The notes beneath the pieces are model-generated. The model was not told the DNA's origin. It was given only the letters and a program-made list of their open reading frames with translations, and searched no databases. Positions 33,589 through 43,328 of a DNA stretch of 52,839 bases are shown in pieces; position 1 is the stretch's first letter, and each line of letters starts with the position of its first letter. The stretch lies in NCBI GenBank assembly GCA_948497845.1, contig CAOOMX010000003.1, forward strand, positions 1 to 52,839. Direction: 5' to 3'. The stretch is from an uncultured Bacilli bacterium. Lineage in GTDB: Bacteria; Bacillota_I; Bacilli_A; RF39; UBA660. The translations under genes were made by a program, and so were the position numbers.

Positions 33589-35953
33589 TGCTAGAAATTT
33601 CTTCTAATTCCTGATTTTCTTCTTCATCGCCCATATAGTACCTCTCAAGAGGGGTAGCAAATATACTTACACGAAGTCTTTTCTTATTGGTAATATTCAT
33701 CAAGAAGTCGCCTAATTGGGCTTTATTTAAAAATGCTTTCTGTGTTTCTGTTAATGGATTACTTTTATAAATTTGTTCTACAGCTTGTAAGTCATTATCT
33801 TTAAGCATACCACATAATTGATACTGACAATTATTGAATATAGCTGTAGCATTTTTCAATTTTGTATTAGAAGAGATTAAATCTTGTGGGCTTTGGGTAG
33901 AAACAGTTAAGTTTGAGTGATATTTACGTAACTTTCTACTCATTTGATCCAAATATTTTATAGTTGCTGGATTATCGTCATTGATAAAATGATGGAACTC
34001 ATCAACTACAATCATAACAGGTTGAGGTTTGCTATCTAGGTTAATATCATTTTTACCAATAATTTCATTATTTAAAAATGTTAAAAGATTTAATATTTGA
34101 GCATTAGCAATTCTTTTGTTATCACTAAATACTAAACTCTTAAAGTTAAAGCACATAAGCTGACTATCCAAAGAAATAGCTGTATGCCCATTAAAAATGG
34201 TATCTTGACCGATAATAAAACGTTTTAAAAGAATTTTAAGACTAGAAATAATATTCAATTCTTCCTTACTTTTTATTGATTTTCTATATTCGTCAAGAAA
34301 GATATATAAATCAGAGAAGATAGGAAAATCTTGATTACTATAAGTTTTTAATTCTTCTATGGTAGTATCTTTTGTAATACCACGTGTTTTATATAGTTTT
34401 TCGGTAATATCAAGTAAGACAACTTTTTCTTTTTCTTTTATTTCCTCAAATACACAAGAATAAAAGGATTCCAAAAAACCAAGATGACGATTTAAAATAG
34501 AAGTTTCTTCCTCGTCATCATCAGGCAAGAAACGTACTTGCAACGGGTTAATTAAAACCTTATTTGCAAGATTGATATACTCACTATCTTTATAACGAGA
34601 TGCAAGTTTTTTAAATTCATTTTCAACATCCCAAATAAATACCTTTGTACCACGTAGCAATTCATTAAGAATCAAACGTTTTAAAAGGAACGATTTTCCC
34701 GATCCTGTAGTACCAACTACTGCAACGTTAAAGGAAGTACGTTTTTCTTTATCTTTATAAAAAATATCCCAAAGGATTGGTAAACCATAATGAGAATCTT
34801 CTCCAATTAAAAAACCATTTGGGTCAATATGATTACACATGGTAAAAGGAAAACCACTTGCCAACGTCATAGTAGGAAGATACATTGCATAATCAGGCAT
34901 ACCAAACGGGGTAATATCATAAGACTGCCATGCCTCCAGTTGACGGAGTTTTGGAATATCAACTTTTATGGATTTAGGACTAGCATTTGTACGAATAAGT
35001 TTAAATGCTTCCTCACGTTCCTTTTTTGTACCTGTTATTGCTAAAATAATGGTAACTTCTTTTATTTTCTCATCATTATTGGATAACTGCTCTATCAGTA
35101 GGCGATAATTCTCTAAAGTGTGCTTTAAAGTATTTATGTCTGCCACGTTTTTAGACGAGTTATAATCAGCAAGTAAAGATTTATAACTAGAATTTAAGAT
35201 ATTGATTAGTTTTTCTTTATCCATTGTTTCTTTTATAGTAAATGAAACATTTACATTTGGAAGATTAACTATAGTATCTAAAAAATTCTTCTCTATAAAA
35301 GGGGGATAGCTTTTTATAGCTACTAATTGAATATTTTTATCGTCCACTTTTAAAAGAGATGCTTGTTCTTGCAAATTAGTGGGAGAAAGTAAATCTACTA
35401 AATCATAATACATTAAATGATCTAACGTTGTATCAGAAAAATATATCTTTGATAAAATCGTGTATAATTCCATTTTATTTGTAATTTGATTTACGTAGAG
35501 TTTTGGATTAGTGGAAAGACAAAGGCTCTCGAACTCATCGATTGCCTTTTTCAATTCCTCTTTTGAATTACAAAGAATAGAAAAGAAGTAACTACTAGCA
35601 TAAGTAACTTTTTCCGATTCGATATATTCGATAAAATCAAGATTACTAGATAATACTTCTTTTTGAATATCGTTTGTAGCTTCATTGATTAAATTTTGAT
35701 AATACATTTTATTAGCATTTAAGTTGATTTGTTCGTCATACTTATATGCTTTAATTACAACTTTTAATTTGTACAGTTGTGATAAAGTATAAAAAAACAA
35801 TTCTTGTTCTTCTTTGTTTGTTAAAGATAAGTCTATCGGATTCACACGAAAAAATCTTGCAAAACTGCCATCTTTTAAAATAATAATTCCGTCCTTATCT
35901 ATTGTTTCAACGTTCATAAAAACCGATGAATTAGCAATTTTATTTCTTAACAT
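33566..35953 (-). CDS. VirB4-family conjugation ATPase
   Basis: 795 aa with Walker A VVGTTGSGKSFLLK and Walker B VMIVVDEFHHF. The N-terminus (IILKDGSFARFFRVNPIDL) is typical of Gram-positive VirB4 homologues. Confidence 0.85.
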   Translation of the reverse strand: MLRNKIANSSVFMNVETIDKDGIIILKDGSFARFFRVNPIDLSLTNKEEQELFFYTLSQLYKLKVVIKAYKYDEQINLNANKMYYQNLINEATNDIQKEVLSSNLDFIEYIESEKVTYASSYFFSILCNSKEELKKAIDEFESLCLSTNPKLYVNQITNKMELYTILSKIYFSDTTLDHLMYYDLVDLLSPTNLQEQASLLKVDDKNIQLVAIKSYPPFIEKNFLDTIVNLPNVNVSFTIKETMDKEKLINILNSSYKSLLADYNSSKNVADINTLKHTLENYRLLIEQLSNNDEKIKEVTIILAITGTKKEREEAFKLIRTNASPKSIKVDIPKLRQLEAWQSYDITPFGMPDYAMYLPTMTLASGFPFTMCNHIDPNGFLIGEDSHYGLPILWDIFYKDKEKRTSFNVAVVGTTGSGKSFLLKRLILNELLRGTKVFIWDVENEFKKLASRYKDSEYINLANKVLINPLQVRFLPDDDEEETSILNRHLGFLESFYSCVFEEIKEKEKVVLLDITEKLYKTRGITKDTTIEELKTYSNQDFPIFSDLYIFLDEYRKSIKSKEELNIISSLKILLKRFIIGQDTIFNGHTAISLDSQLMCFNFKSLVFSDNKRIANAQILNLLTFLNNEIIGKNDINLDSKPQPVMIVVDEFHHFINDDNPATIKYLDQMSRKLRKYHSNLTVSTQSPQDLISSNTKLKNATAIFNNCQYQLCGMLKDNDLQAVEQIYKSNPLTETQKAFLNKAQLGDFLMNITNKKRLRVSIFATPLERYYMGDEEENQELEEISSNEKVSNN

Positions 35954-36020
35954 TTTTGCTTTTATATATTGCTTTGGCTTTTTAGAATATTGTTTCTTAA
36001 TTACTTTATTTTCTTTATTT

Positions 36021-36350
36021 TTAATTTTTTCTTCTTTTGAAAGTTTTTGTAAACGTCTTATATTGATCCCTCCTTACTTCGTTACTAGTTAAATGATAAT
36101 AATATGTTTTTTTACGAAATAAAAAACTTCCAACCAATAAAATCAATTTGTACATCCTATTTTGCTTTGAAAAGGAAACAGGAACAAGTAAAAATATTCC
36201 TGTACCAATTATAATTAAGCTAGTTTGATAAAAACCAATAGTAAATAGGATGATAAAAGCAAGTGCAAAAACACTCGCTAGAATAATATCTTTAATTTCC
36301 AAATTAAATAAACCTAAATTTCGTTTTGTTGTTTGTAAGGTAATATACAA
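36021..36350 (-). CDS. PrgI/VirB3-like small membrane protein
   Basis: TTG start 7 nt after AGGAGG. It has two TM helices and lies directly upstream of virB4. Confidence 0.45.
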   Translation of the reverse strand: MYITLQTTKRNLGLFNLEIKDIILASVFALAFIILFTIGFYQTSLIIIGTGIFLLVPVSFSKQNRMYKLILLVGSFLFRKKTYYYHLTSNEVRRDQYKTFTKTFKRRKN

Positions 36351-36362
36351 AAAACAGTCCTC

Positions 36363-38003
36363 CTATAATTTATCCCCATCATTTTTATATGATTGAATTG
36401 GGGGTTTTCTCACAGATTTTAGATTTCCAAAAGAGTTAGGATAATGACGATAGCCCATAAAACTATGTGCAATGTTTCCTAAACCAGTTTTAGCTGTATC
36501 AAATCCACCTTTGAAATAGCCACTTTGAACACGGTTATTATCATAATCCCATTTCTTATTGAGAGAATCCATTTTCTTATTACCAGAGTATTCTTGATAC
36601 ATTCCTTTTAGTTTAGTAGCAAGTCCATTGCCTGCTTGTTTATTTTCTTGACCTTTTGTAATTTTGTTTTGAGCTTTTTGCATTTTACTTGCCATAGATT
36701 TAACAGTACGATCATGCATACCACCATTTGAAAGCCCTGCTAACCCAAGACGAGTAGCATTACCCATTTGAGCAAGACCTTTGCCTGTTTGAGTAGCACC
36801 TTTTATTGCTCCAAAGGTAGCCATACCACCACCGACCATGCCACCTAATAAACCTTTCATTGCCATTAAAGAATCTCGACCTGAATTTGCCGAAACATTT
36901 TCTCCAATAAAACGATTTAAAGTAGTAGAGCCTGTAAGTAACATCATTGCACAACCTAGATACAAGACACTTTGAGCAACTGTCTTTGTAAAATATGGAA
37001 GAGAGTTTATATCACTACTATTCTGTATTGCATTAAACATTAAAGAAGTTAATCCAATTAAAAGTAAAACAGCTCCTGCCTGTAGAACAAGAGATGTGAG
37101 TTGTTGGTAAAGTGCTGACCTTTGTTCTTTCCTACCGATAGAAGTAGCAAAAATTAAAGGAGAAATAAGCATAAGAAAAGCAATCTCTAATTGGCGACGA
37201 CCTAACATGATAACACTAAAAGCAATCGCAAATAGGAATACTGCACCTATGACAATACCAAATACCCAGTTAAAATTAAAGAAGTAATCTTCGCCATCGT
37301 TCCGTATACCTGGCTTATAAATTTGACAGGTTAAGTTAAATGCACCTGAATCACTTATATTAGTAGCTGTCAAAGTCCCATTACGAATTAAAGGGGTAAA
37401 ATCTTTTACTGTAGACACAGAATCAGGGATACTCGCATAACTACCAATTTGTTCTTTTAAATTTTTGACATTTTCTGTATCAACTTTATTTTTGTCTTTA
37501 TGATAACTTGTATTTTCGTCATAATAACAACTTTCATTTACAGTAAGATAAGCTGTTTTCATGTTATCCCCTATAGTAGAGGTGCTAGTTTGAAAATTAT
37601 TATAAATGGTATTGGATAAGTTGATACTGATATTCATACTTTGCGAGAAGATGAGAGAAACAAGAAAAATCAAAAAGCCACATTTAAAAATTTCTTTTAT
37701 CAATGAGGATAAAGGTTGTTCTTGCTCGTCGGCATCAAATATACGAAAAGTAACTTTCCATACAGCAAAGAGGAATAGCAAAGCAAAAGCCAAAATAATA
37801 AAACTATTAAAAATTTTGGTAAATGGGGAATTACCTATATTTTTTAACATTTCGATCATATCTAAACTATTGATTTTATATGCAACGTTATAGAGTACGT
37901 CGATTGTATCATAAATTATATTGATAATTCCCATACCAATATTTCTTAAAAGATCTAAAACACTAAACTTAATATCATTTCCGATACTTAAAGTATATAT
38001 CAT
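36363..38003 (-). CDS. VirB6-like polytopic membrane protein (conjugation channel)
   Basis: 546 aa with at least 6 TM helices and a Gly-rich C-terminal region, positioned within the T4SS operon. Confidence 0.5.
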   Translation of the reverse strand: MIYTLSIGNDIKFSVLDLLRNIGMGIINIIYDTIDVLYNVAYKINSLDMIEMLKNIGNSPFTKIFNSFIILAFALLFLFAVWKVTFRIFDADEQEQPLSSLIKEIFKCGFLIFLVSLIFSQSMNISINLSNTIYNNFQTSTSTIGDNMKTAYLTVNESCYYDENTSYHKDKNKVDTENVKNLKEQIGSYASIPDSVSTVKDFTPLIRNGTLTATNISDSGAFNLTCQIYKPGIRNDGEDYFFNFNWVFGIVIGAVFLFAIAFSVIMLGRRQLEIAFLMLISPLIFATSIGRKEQRSALYQQLTSLVLQAGAVLLLIGLTSLMFNAIQNSSDINSLPYFTKTVAQSVLYLGCAMMLLTGSTTLNRFIGENVSANSGRDSLMAMKGLLGGMVGGGMATFGAIKGATQTGKGLAQMGNATRLGLAGLSNGGMHDRTVKSMASKMQKAQNKITKGQENKQAGNGLATKLKGMYQEYSGNKKMDSLNKKWDYDNNRVQSGYFKGGFDTAKTGLGNIAHSFMGYRHYPNSFGNLKSVRKPPIQSYKNDGDKL

Positions 38004-38010
38004 TTAACCT

Positions 38011-38466
38011 CTATGATTCTAGGGTACTGATAATTAGGTTTATAAGTGATGGAATTAAAATTAAAAGGGCTACTCCACCAAGAGTATAGAGAATAGTTTT
38101 CTTTTTACGTTGCTTGGTTTCATCATCCCCGATAATGAACTGAATTACAAATATTACCATTGCAATAAAAGACAAGATAATACCGAACACTTGAATTTGA
38201 CGTGCTAAATTCTTAATGATTGTTCCAAGCGATTCGATAGTGATAGTACCACCGTCAATTTTTTCGACAGCAAATACTGGTGTTGCTTTCATGCAAAAAG
38301 AGAAAAGAAGAGCTGTAACAAGCATCTTCTTACTTTTTATAAATGACAAAAATTTATTTTTGTGATAATATGGTAACAGCTCATTATTTTTTATAATGGG
38401 TATTTCGTGAGAAAGTGCTTCTTGTTTAGCGACTGATAGCACTTTTTCTTTTTTTCTTACAATCAA
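38011..38466 (-). CDS. Small membrane protein, possibly TrbC/VirB2-like
   Basis: It has an internal signal-like segment ending TPVFA followed by two TM helices. Confidence 0.35.
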   Translation of the reverse strand: MIVRKKEKVLSVAKQEALSHEIPIIKNNELLPYYHKNKFLSFIKSKKMLVTALLFSFCMKATPVFAVEKIDGGTITIESLGTIIKNLARQIQVFGIILSFIAMVIFVIQFIIGDDETKQRKKKTILYTLGGVALLILIPSLINLIISTLES

Positions 38467-39053
38467 TTTATCATCTCCAATCCGTTGTCATGTTGTTTAA
38501 AGATTTGAAGAATTGCTTTTATATTACTTGTAGCAATCTCGTTTCTTTCAATTTCATATTGGGGAAGTAAATTATTTTCTATATCGTAAATAAGTCCGTT
38601 ATTTCCAAAGAGGTAACGACCATTAAATAAGGTGCTGTTATTTTCTCTTTCAACAACTATGTAGTCAATACCATTGATCTGTTCTTCATTATCAATACGA
38701 AAGTCATCATTTTCAATAGTAAGATTATTTAATGTTTCAAGAGAGTATCTACCCGATGGAATTTTAGGATTAGAGGAATTATTAACAATTACATTTATAT
38801 CATAGTCCAATATATCGACCTCCTTATCAAACTTAAATTTTAAATTGTCAATTTCTTCTTTACTATAATTCAAATATCTTTTTTTATTTTTTCCATTATT
38901 ATTAGAAGTAAAGGCATAAATCTTATCAGTATCTTGTACATACAAAACAAGATGACCTTTTTGATTCTGCCCAAAATACATAAATTCAATATTTAGCATA
39001 TTATATAAGTCATTTAATTCTTTATAAGAATATAATCTGTTTTTATCTAACAT
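38463..39053 (-). CDS. Hypothetical protein
   Basis: Tracked 196-aa ORF. Confidence 0.4.
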   Translation of the reverse strand: MLDKNRLYSYKELNDLYNMLNIEFMYFGQNQKGHLVLYVQDTDKIYAFTSNNNGKNKKRYLNYSKEEIDNLKFKFDKEVDILDYDINVIVNNSSNPKIPSGRYSLETLNNLTIENDDFRIDNEEQINGIDYIVVERENNSTLFNGRYLFGNNGLIYDIENNLLPQYEIERNEIATSNIKAILQIFKQHDNGLEMIN

Positions 39054-39427
39054 TTTTCTATAACTTCTTTTTCTATTGATTTAGAGTTTTTTGTTTCCTT
39101 TTCTTTTTCAAAAGAGTAGTCTATTTCATCAACTATAAAATCAGTAGTATAAATTTTATCTCCGTTTTCATTTGTGTAAGATCCTGTTCGTGTATGAGCT
39201 TTAACTTCAATAAGTTGCCCCTCATTTAATTCATTTGCAATTTTTTCAGCATCTTTCCAAAGTTTTAATGAGATAAAGTCTGAATTAGTTTTACCATTTT
39301 CATTTTGATAATCACGTTCACAAGCAATATTTAAAAGAGCAAATTTCTTTTCGCTACCTTTTAAAATAGGTTTACGTGTTAGAGTTCCTTTAAAATGAGA
39401 AAAGTTAATATGTTTTTCTTGATCCAT
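39047..39427 (-). CDS. ssb: Single-stranded DNA-binding protein (OB fold, short form)
   Basis: The stretch GTLTRKPILKG...FALLNIACERDYQNENGKTNSDFISLKLWKDAEKIANELNEGQLIEVKAHTRTGSY fits the SSB OB-fold pattern. Confidence 0.65.
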   Translation of the reverse strand: MDQEKHINFSHFKGTLTRKPILKGSEKKFALLNIACERDYQNENGKTNSDFISLKLWKDAEKIANELNEGQLIEVKAHTRTGSYTNENGDKIYTTDFIVDEIDYSFEKEKETKNSKSIEKEVIEKC

Positions 39428-39510
39428 AATATCAGTCCTTTCTTTTTATTTACTAAATATTGAAATTAGAAATAATAATGAATTGCACCACCTCCTTTAA
39501 AATAGGGCAT

Positions 39511-39537
39511 AAAAAAAGATTACCAGTATGGCAATCT
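39511..39537 (-). terminator. Cassette terminator (AGAUUGCCA-UAC-UGGUAAUCU + U-run)
   Basis: Homologous to 24947..24974. The wobble pair exists only in the minus-strand RNA. Confidence 0.65.
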
Positions 39538-39568
39538 AATTTTTTGTTTCTTTTGACAGTTAAACTTA

Positions 39569-40594
39569 CTATAAATTTATTTCACTTTTTGGTATAACAA
39601 CAACGGGTCTAGCTGAATACATATATTTTTTGAAAGTATCAGGTTTACTACTAGAATTCATAAGTGTAAATTGTGTAAGAGCATCACTTGTAATTGCTTT
39701 TATTCCAAATTTTGCACTTGCTGATTTATCTCTTGATCCTTTTTCTTTTTCATATACACTCATTTTGTTTTCGTAAAATGAAACAGAACGTGTTGCAATA
39801 AAATAAGCTTTTCCAGATTCAAAAATAATATCGTAGGCTTTTGAATTGGTATAATTTTCTTTTATTTCTTTAGTATAAGCTCTGTAATAAGTATCTAAAT
39901 AGTCTTTAGTAGAGGTTGCATCACTTTTATAACTATTATTATAAGGCTCATAATTGTTTAAAGAATCACTTAAATTTAAATTTCCACCCATGTTACTTCC
40001 TGTTTCTTCACTATATAGAGATGGATAATATTGATAGCCTGTTGTTTCTACTCCAGTTTTATTGTAGTTTTCAAATCCTAATGTATCTTGTTTCCAACTA
40101 TCTGTTTTATCTTTATAATATGCTTCTATGTCATCCATATTTATATTTCTTGCTACATATTTTTTATTACCAATTTCAACAGAGTAATATTTGGCACAAT
40201 ATGAATTTAATGCTTGAACTCCATTATTGTAACCATCTGCTCCTTTTAATTCGATTGTATCTGTTGTTGGCTTTACTGTAGTAAGTAAATAATTGTTGTC
40301 ATCTTCTGCAAGAACAACCCAATTTATATTTCCTGTATTTACATTTGCTTCATCTAAATTATTAGTATTACCAGTAAACTGAACTCCCTCATAAGAACTA
40401 GGTTTTATATCTTCATTTAGTATGGTTTTAACGTCAACACTTTTTCCGATATTATTTGAAGTAGTATTCATTTTTGAATAATCAAAAGTTATATTACCAC
40501 TAGAACTTTCTTTAGAATCTTTACTGCCACAACCTGTAGTTAAACCTATCACCATAACCCCACAAATTAGAAACATTAGTATTTTTCGTTTCAT
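39569..40594 (-). CDS. Lipoprotein, unknown function
   Basis: The signal peptide plus lipobox MKRKILMFLICGVMVIGLTTGC is homologous to that of the 24987 lipoprotein. The C-terminus ends ...ARPVVVIPKSEI. ATG 40594 is preferred over tracked GTG 40606. Confidence 0.65.
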   Translation of the reverse strand: MKRKILMFLICGVMVIGLTTGCGSKDSKESSSGNITFDYSKMNTTSNNIGKSVDVKTILNEDIKPSSYEGVQFTGNTNNLDEANVNTGNINWVVLAEDDNNYLLTTVKPTTDTIELKGADGYNNGVQALNSYCAKYYSVEIGNKKYVARNINMDDIEAYYKDKTDSWKQDTLGFENYNKTGVETTGYQYYPSLYSEETGSNMGGNLNLSDSLNNYEPYNNSYKSDATSTKDYLDTYYRAYTKEIKENYTNSKAYDIIFESGKAYFIATRSVSFYENKMSVYEKEKGSRDKSASAKFGIKAITSDALTQFTLMNSSSKPDTFKKYMYSARPVVVIPKSEINL

Positions 40595-40641
40595 ATTCTC
40601 ACTCACTTTCGTAAACTATTATAGCATACTTTACGTAAATA
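40595..40641 (-). promoter_or_regulatory. Conserved promoter/operator/5'UTR block, copy 2 of 3
   Basis: The minus strand reads TTTACGTAAA-GTATGCTATAATAG-TTTACGAAAGTGAGTGAG. Confidence 0.6.
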
Positions 40642-40666
40642 AGAAATATGTTTCTAAATTTATGCA

Positions 40667-40696
40667 AAATAAAAAGACTATCATAATTGATAATCT
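40667..40696 (-). terminator. Cassette terminator (AGAUUAUCA-AUUA-UGAUAGUCU + U-run)
   Basis: Third member of the hairpin family. Confidence 0.6.
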
Positions 40697-41277
40697 TAAT
40701 ACTTTTCTATTTTTCCAGTTGTTTTTCCAGTATTATCTTTATATTCTGTTGTTTCAAAGCCACCTAACTCATCACTAAATGATACTGTATCAGCTGTTCC
40801 CGTAATATTTCCAAAAGCATCTTTAATATAAGCTCTTTTAAATTTTATGTGTTCTTTCTTTTTAGTTGATGTCGTAGATTTACTAGAACTTTCAGAAGAT
40901 CCACCATCTAATGCAAGAGGGAGTAATAGCAAATGAGGTATAAATAAAATAATCATAACAAATATAATTGTTCCTATACCATTATCAGTAAATAACTTAA
41001 GCATCAAAAACCATGATAAAAATATACTTATAAAACTTAACAGACAAGATACTCTCATATTTCCATCATTAAAATTCTTATCAATACGATTAAAGATTAT
41101 CATTAAAATAAATTGTAAAACCTCAAAACATATAATAAAAGCTAATAATAATCCAATAAATTTGAAAAATCCTGTCGATTCTTTATTTCCTGCAATTAAG
41201 TAAATAGTTAAAAGTTCCAAAGGTCCTGCTAGAATACCTAAAATAATCATAACAATTTTTCCAATACTTTTTTTCAT
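40696..41277 (-). CDS. Polytopic membrane protein, unknown function
   Basis: 193 aa with about 5 TM helices and a soluble Ser/Thr/Lys-rich C-terminus. Confidence 0.55.
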   Translation of the reverse strand: MKKSIGKIVMIILGILAGPLELLTIYLIAGNKESTGFFKFIGLLLAFIICFEVLQFILMIIFNRIDKNFNDGNMRVSCLLSFISIFLSWFLMLKLFTDNGIGTIIFVMIILFIPHLLLLPLALDGGSSESSSKSTTSTKKKEHIKFKRAYIKDAFGNITGTADTVSFSDELGGFETTEYKDNTGKTTGKIEKY

Positions 41278-41322
41278 ATACGTACACTCACTTTCGTAAA
41301 ATATTATAACATACTTTACACT
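41278..41322 (-). promoter_or_regulatory. Conserved promoter/operator/5'UTR block, copy 3 of 3
   Basis: The minus strand reads TTAGTGTAAA-GTATGTTATAATAT-TTTACGAAAGTGAGTGTACG. The upstream palindrome is degenerate in this copy. Confidence 0.5.
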
Positions 41323-42346
41323 AATTTACCATTGACTTATCATTAAAAATCTCTAAATTGATATTTTTATTATTTTCTTCGATTTTTTTAATGATATTTG
41401 TACTATATTTTATGATAGTGTTAAGAGAAGTATCCAATTCTTTAAAGTCCTTATTTTTAGACCAACTATACAAATACATTTCGCTAAATTCGGGTACTTG
41501 TAAATTTAGATAATTAGAAACAACATAAGAAATTGTTTCAGCTTCTACTTCATAACGTCCACGGTCATTTTTATACTCTTGATAATTGTTTTCTAAATTA
41601 GTATGTGCAAGAGAGTGAGCAAATTCATGGAGTAGAACTTTTAACTTAACAAGATCGGTTTGACTATTTAAAATTACTATTTCTTTATTTTCAAAAGAGC
41701 AATAACCGTCGGAATCGCATTTATCTACATAACGAATATTAAATCCATTTTCTTTTATTAAATCTTCTAAAATAGTAATATAATCTTTGGCATTTTCATT
41801 ATCTACGGTAGGATGCAATTTTTCTTCTATTTCTTCATAAGGCATAGTAGTATCTGTAATATCGAAAACTGTACCTAAACTATAATAAGATAATTTTTTA
41901 CTATGATAAACAATATCGTCATTGTTTTTGTCTTTGTAAATTTCTAACTCGTCATCGTTTAGTGTACTATAATATCTTAATGTATTAGAACGATTATCTT
42001 TGACGATGGTATTAAATCTAGGAATAACAATTTTTATCGAATCAGGATTACTTTTAACAGAATAGCCTAAATCTTTATAAGTTTTAAAAGGTGCTACAAA
42101 TTTTACGTCAGGATTCTGTAGATAAATTAGTAATGTATTACTATAAGAATAATTATTGAATTTACCTATGTTATCTAAAAACGTTTTTATATGGGATGGC
42201 TCTTGAAAGAGCTTTATAGCATTTTCTTTTAATTCTTCTGTAATAGCAATTATTTGATTTTCTAATTCCTGCTTATTATCAGAGGTAGGAATTTGTTTTT
42301 TTAAATCTTTTATTTCTTCAAATTTCTTTTTTGCAATAGTATTCAT
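41321..42346 (-). CDS. ardC: ArdC-like antirestriction protein (ssDNA-binding N-domain + HExxH metalloprotease domain)
   Basis: N-domain YSYSNTLLIYLQNPDVKFVAPFKTYKDLGYSVK; zinc motif LLHEFAHSLAH. Confidence 0.65.
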   Translation of the reverse strand: MNTIAKKKFEEIKDLKKQIPTSDNKQELENQIIAITEELKENAIKLFQEPSHIKTFLDNIGKFNNYSYSNTLLIYLQNPDVKFVAPFKTYKDLGYSVKSNPDSIKIVIPRFNTIVKDNRSNTLRYYSTLNDDELEIYKDKNNDDIVYHSKKLSYYSLGTVFDITDTTMPYEEIEEKLHPTVDNENAKDYITILEDLIKENGFNIRYVDKCDSDGYCSFENKEIVILNSQTDLVKLKVLLHEFAHSLAHTNLENNYQEYKNDRGRYEVEAETISYVVSNYLNLQVPEFSEMYLYSWSKNKDFKELDTSLNTIIKYSTNIIKKIEENNKNINLEIFNDKSMVN

Positions 42347-42350
42347 TTAA

Positions 42351-42578
42351 TTATTGTTCCAGTCCATTTGAATTTTCTTTTTCTTGTTCTTTTTGATTAG
42401 CAAACATAAAGTCTTGAACTCTACTATGTATCATGTGTTGCAAAATACCTATATTATTATCAAAATATGAATTGTATAACTTTTCTAATTCATTATTTGG
42501 TATTTCATAACCATAATGTTTCGCTACTTCTTTTATGTTATTTTTAAATTCTTCTTGAAATTCTTTCGACCATTTCAT
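42351..42578 (-). CDS. Hypothetical small protein
   Basis: Tracked 75-aa ORF. Confidence 0.4.
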   Translation of the reverse strand: MKWSKEFQEEFKNNIKEVAKHYGYEIPNNELEKLYNSYFDNNIGILQHMIHSRVQDFMFANQKEQEKENSNGLEQ

Positions 42579-43312
42579 TTTAAGACCTCCTTACGTTTTA
42601 TTGCTTCCTCAATTCTTTTTTGAGAAGTAGAAAAATGTTGTTCGCTTTTTTCCATACCTATAAACTTACGATTACCACCAACATTGACAACAGCCTCTCC
42701 TGTAGTACCACTACCCATAAAACAATCTAGTATAGTTTCACTTTCTCTAGAGCTATTGATAACAAAATTTTCAATAATAGATAATGGTTTTATAGTAGGA
42801 TGTCCATAAAGTTTTTTCTCTTTTTGAGTAGTAGGCAAATAAAAAACTGTCTTTCCTAGCTGATAAGATGGTGGGTTACAATATCCACGTTTACGAAAAT
42901 ATAGACAGTATTCTTTATCACTTAAATATTTATTATTAAATAAAGGCATAGCATTTGTTTTATTCCAAATAAGTATTTCATAAGAGCAATTATATTTGCC
43001 TATAAAAAAATCAAGATATTGTTTTATCTGTGCTAAATTACACCAAATATAGATATTTATTTTCTCTTGTATTCTTATAAATTCTTCTAAAATTGATAAA
43101 TCGTAGTTATCAATCAAATCATCAGCACGTAACTCTTGTTCTAAAGACAGAAGAGTTTTTGCCAATCTACTTTTACCTTTTTTGCCACCATCCATATTAA
43201 GTAAATATGGTGGATCAATAATAATTAAATCTACACTATTATCAGGTATATTTTTAATAAGTAAATTACTATCTCCTAAATATAATTTAATATTATTGTT
43301 TATATATATCAC
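42575..43312 (-). CDS. Orphan DNA methyltransferase (beta-class N6A/N4C; DPPY before FxGxG)
   Basis: Motif IV DLIIIDPPY and motif I ILDCFMGSGTTGEA. No restriction endonuclease gene is adjacent. Confidence 0.8.
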   Translation of the reverse strand: MIYINNNIKLYLGDSNLLIKNIPDNSVDLIIIDPPYLLNMDGGKKGKSRLAKTLLSLEQELRADDLIDNYDLSILEEFIRIQEKINIYIWCNLAQIKQYLDFFIGKYNCSYEILIWNKTNAMPLFNNKYLSDKEYCLYFRKRGYCNPPSYQLGKTVFYLPTTQKEKKLYGHPTIKPLSIIENFVINSSRESETILDCFMGSGTTGEAVVNVGGNRKFIGMEKSEQHFSTSQKRIEEAIKRKEVLK

Positions 43313-43328
43313 TTCCTTTTTTTATTGG

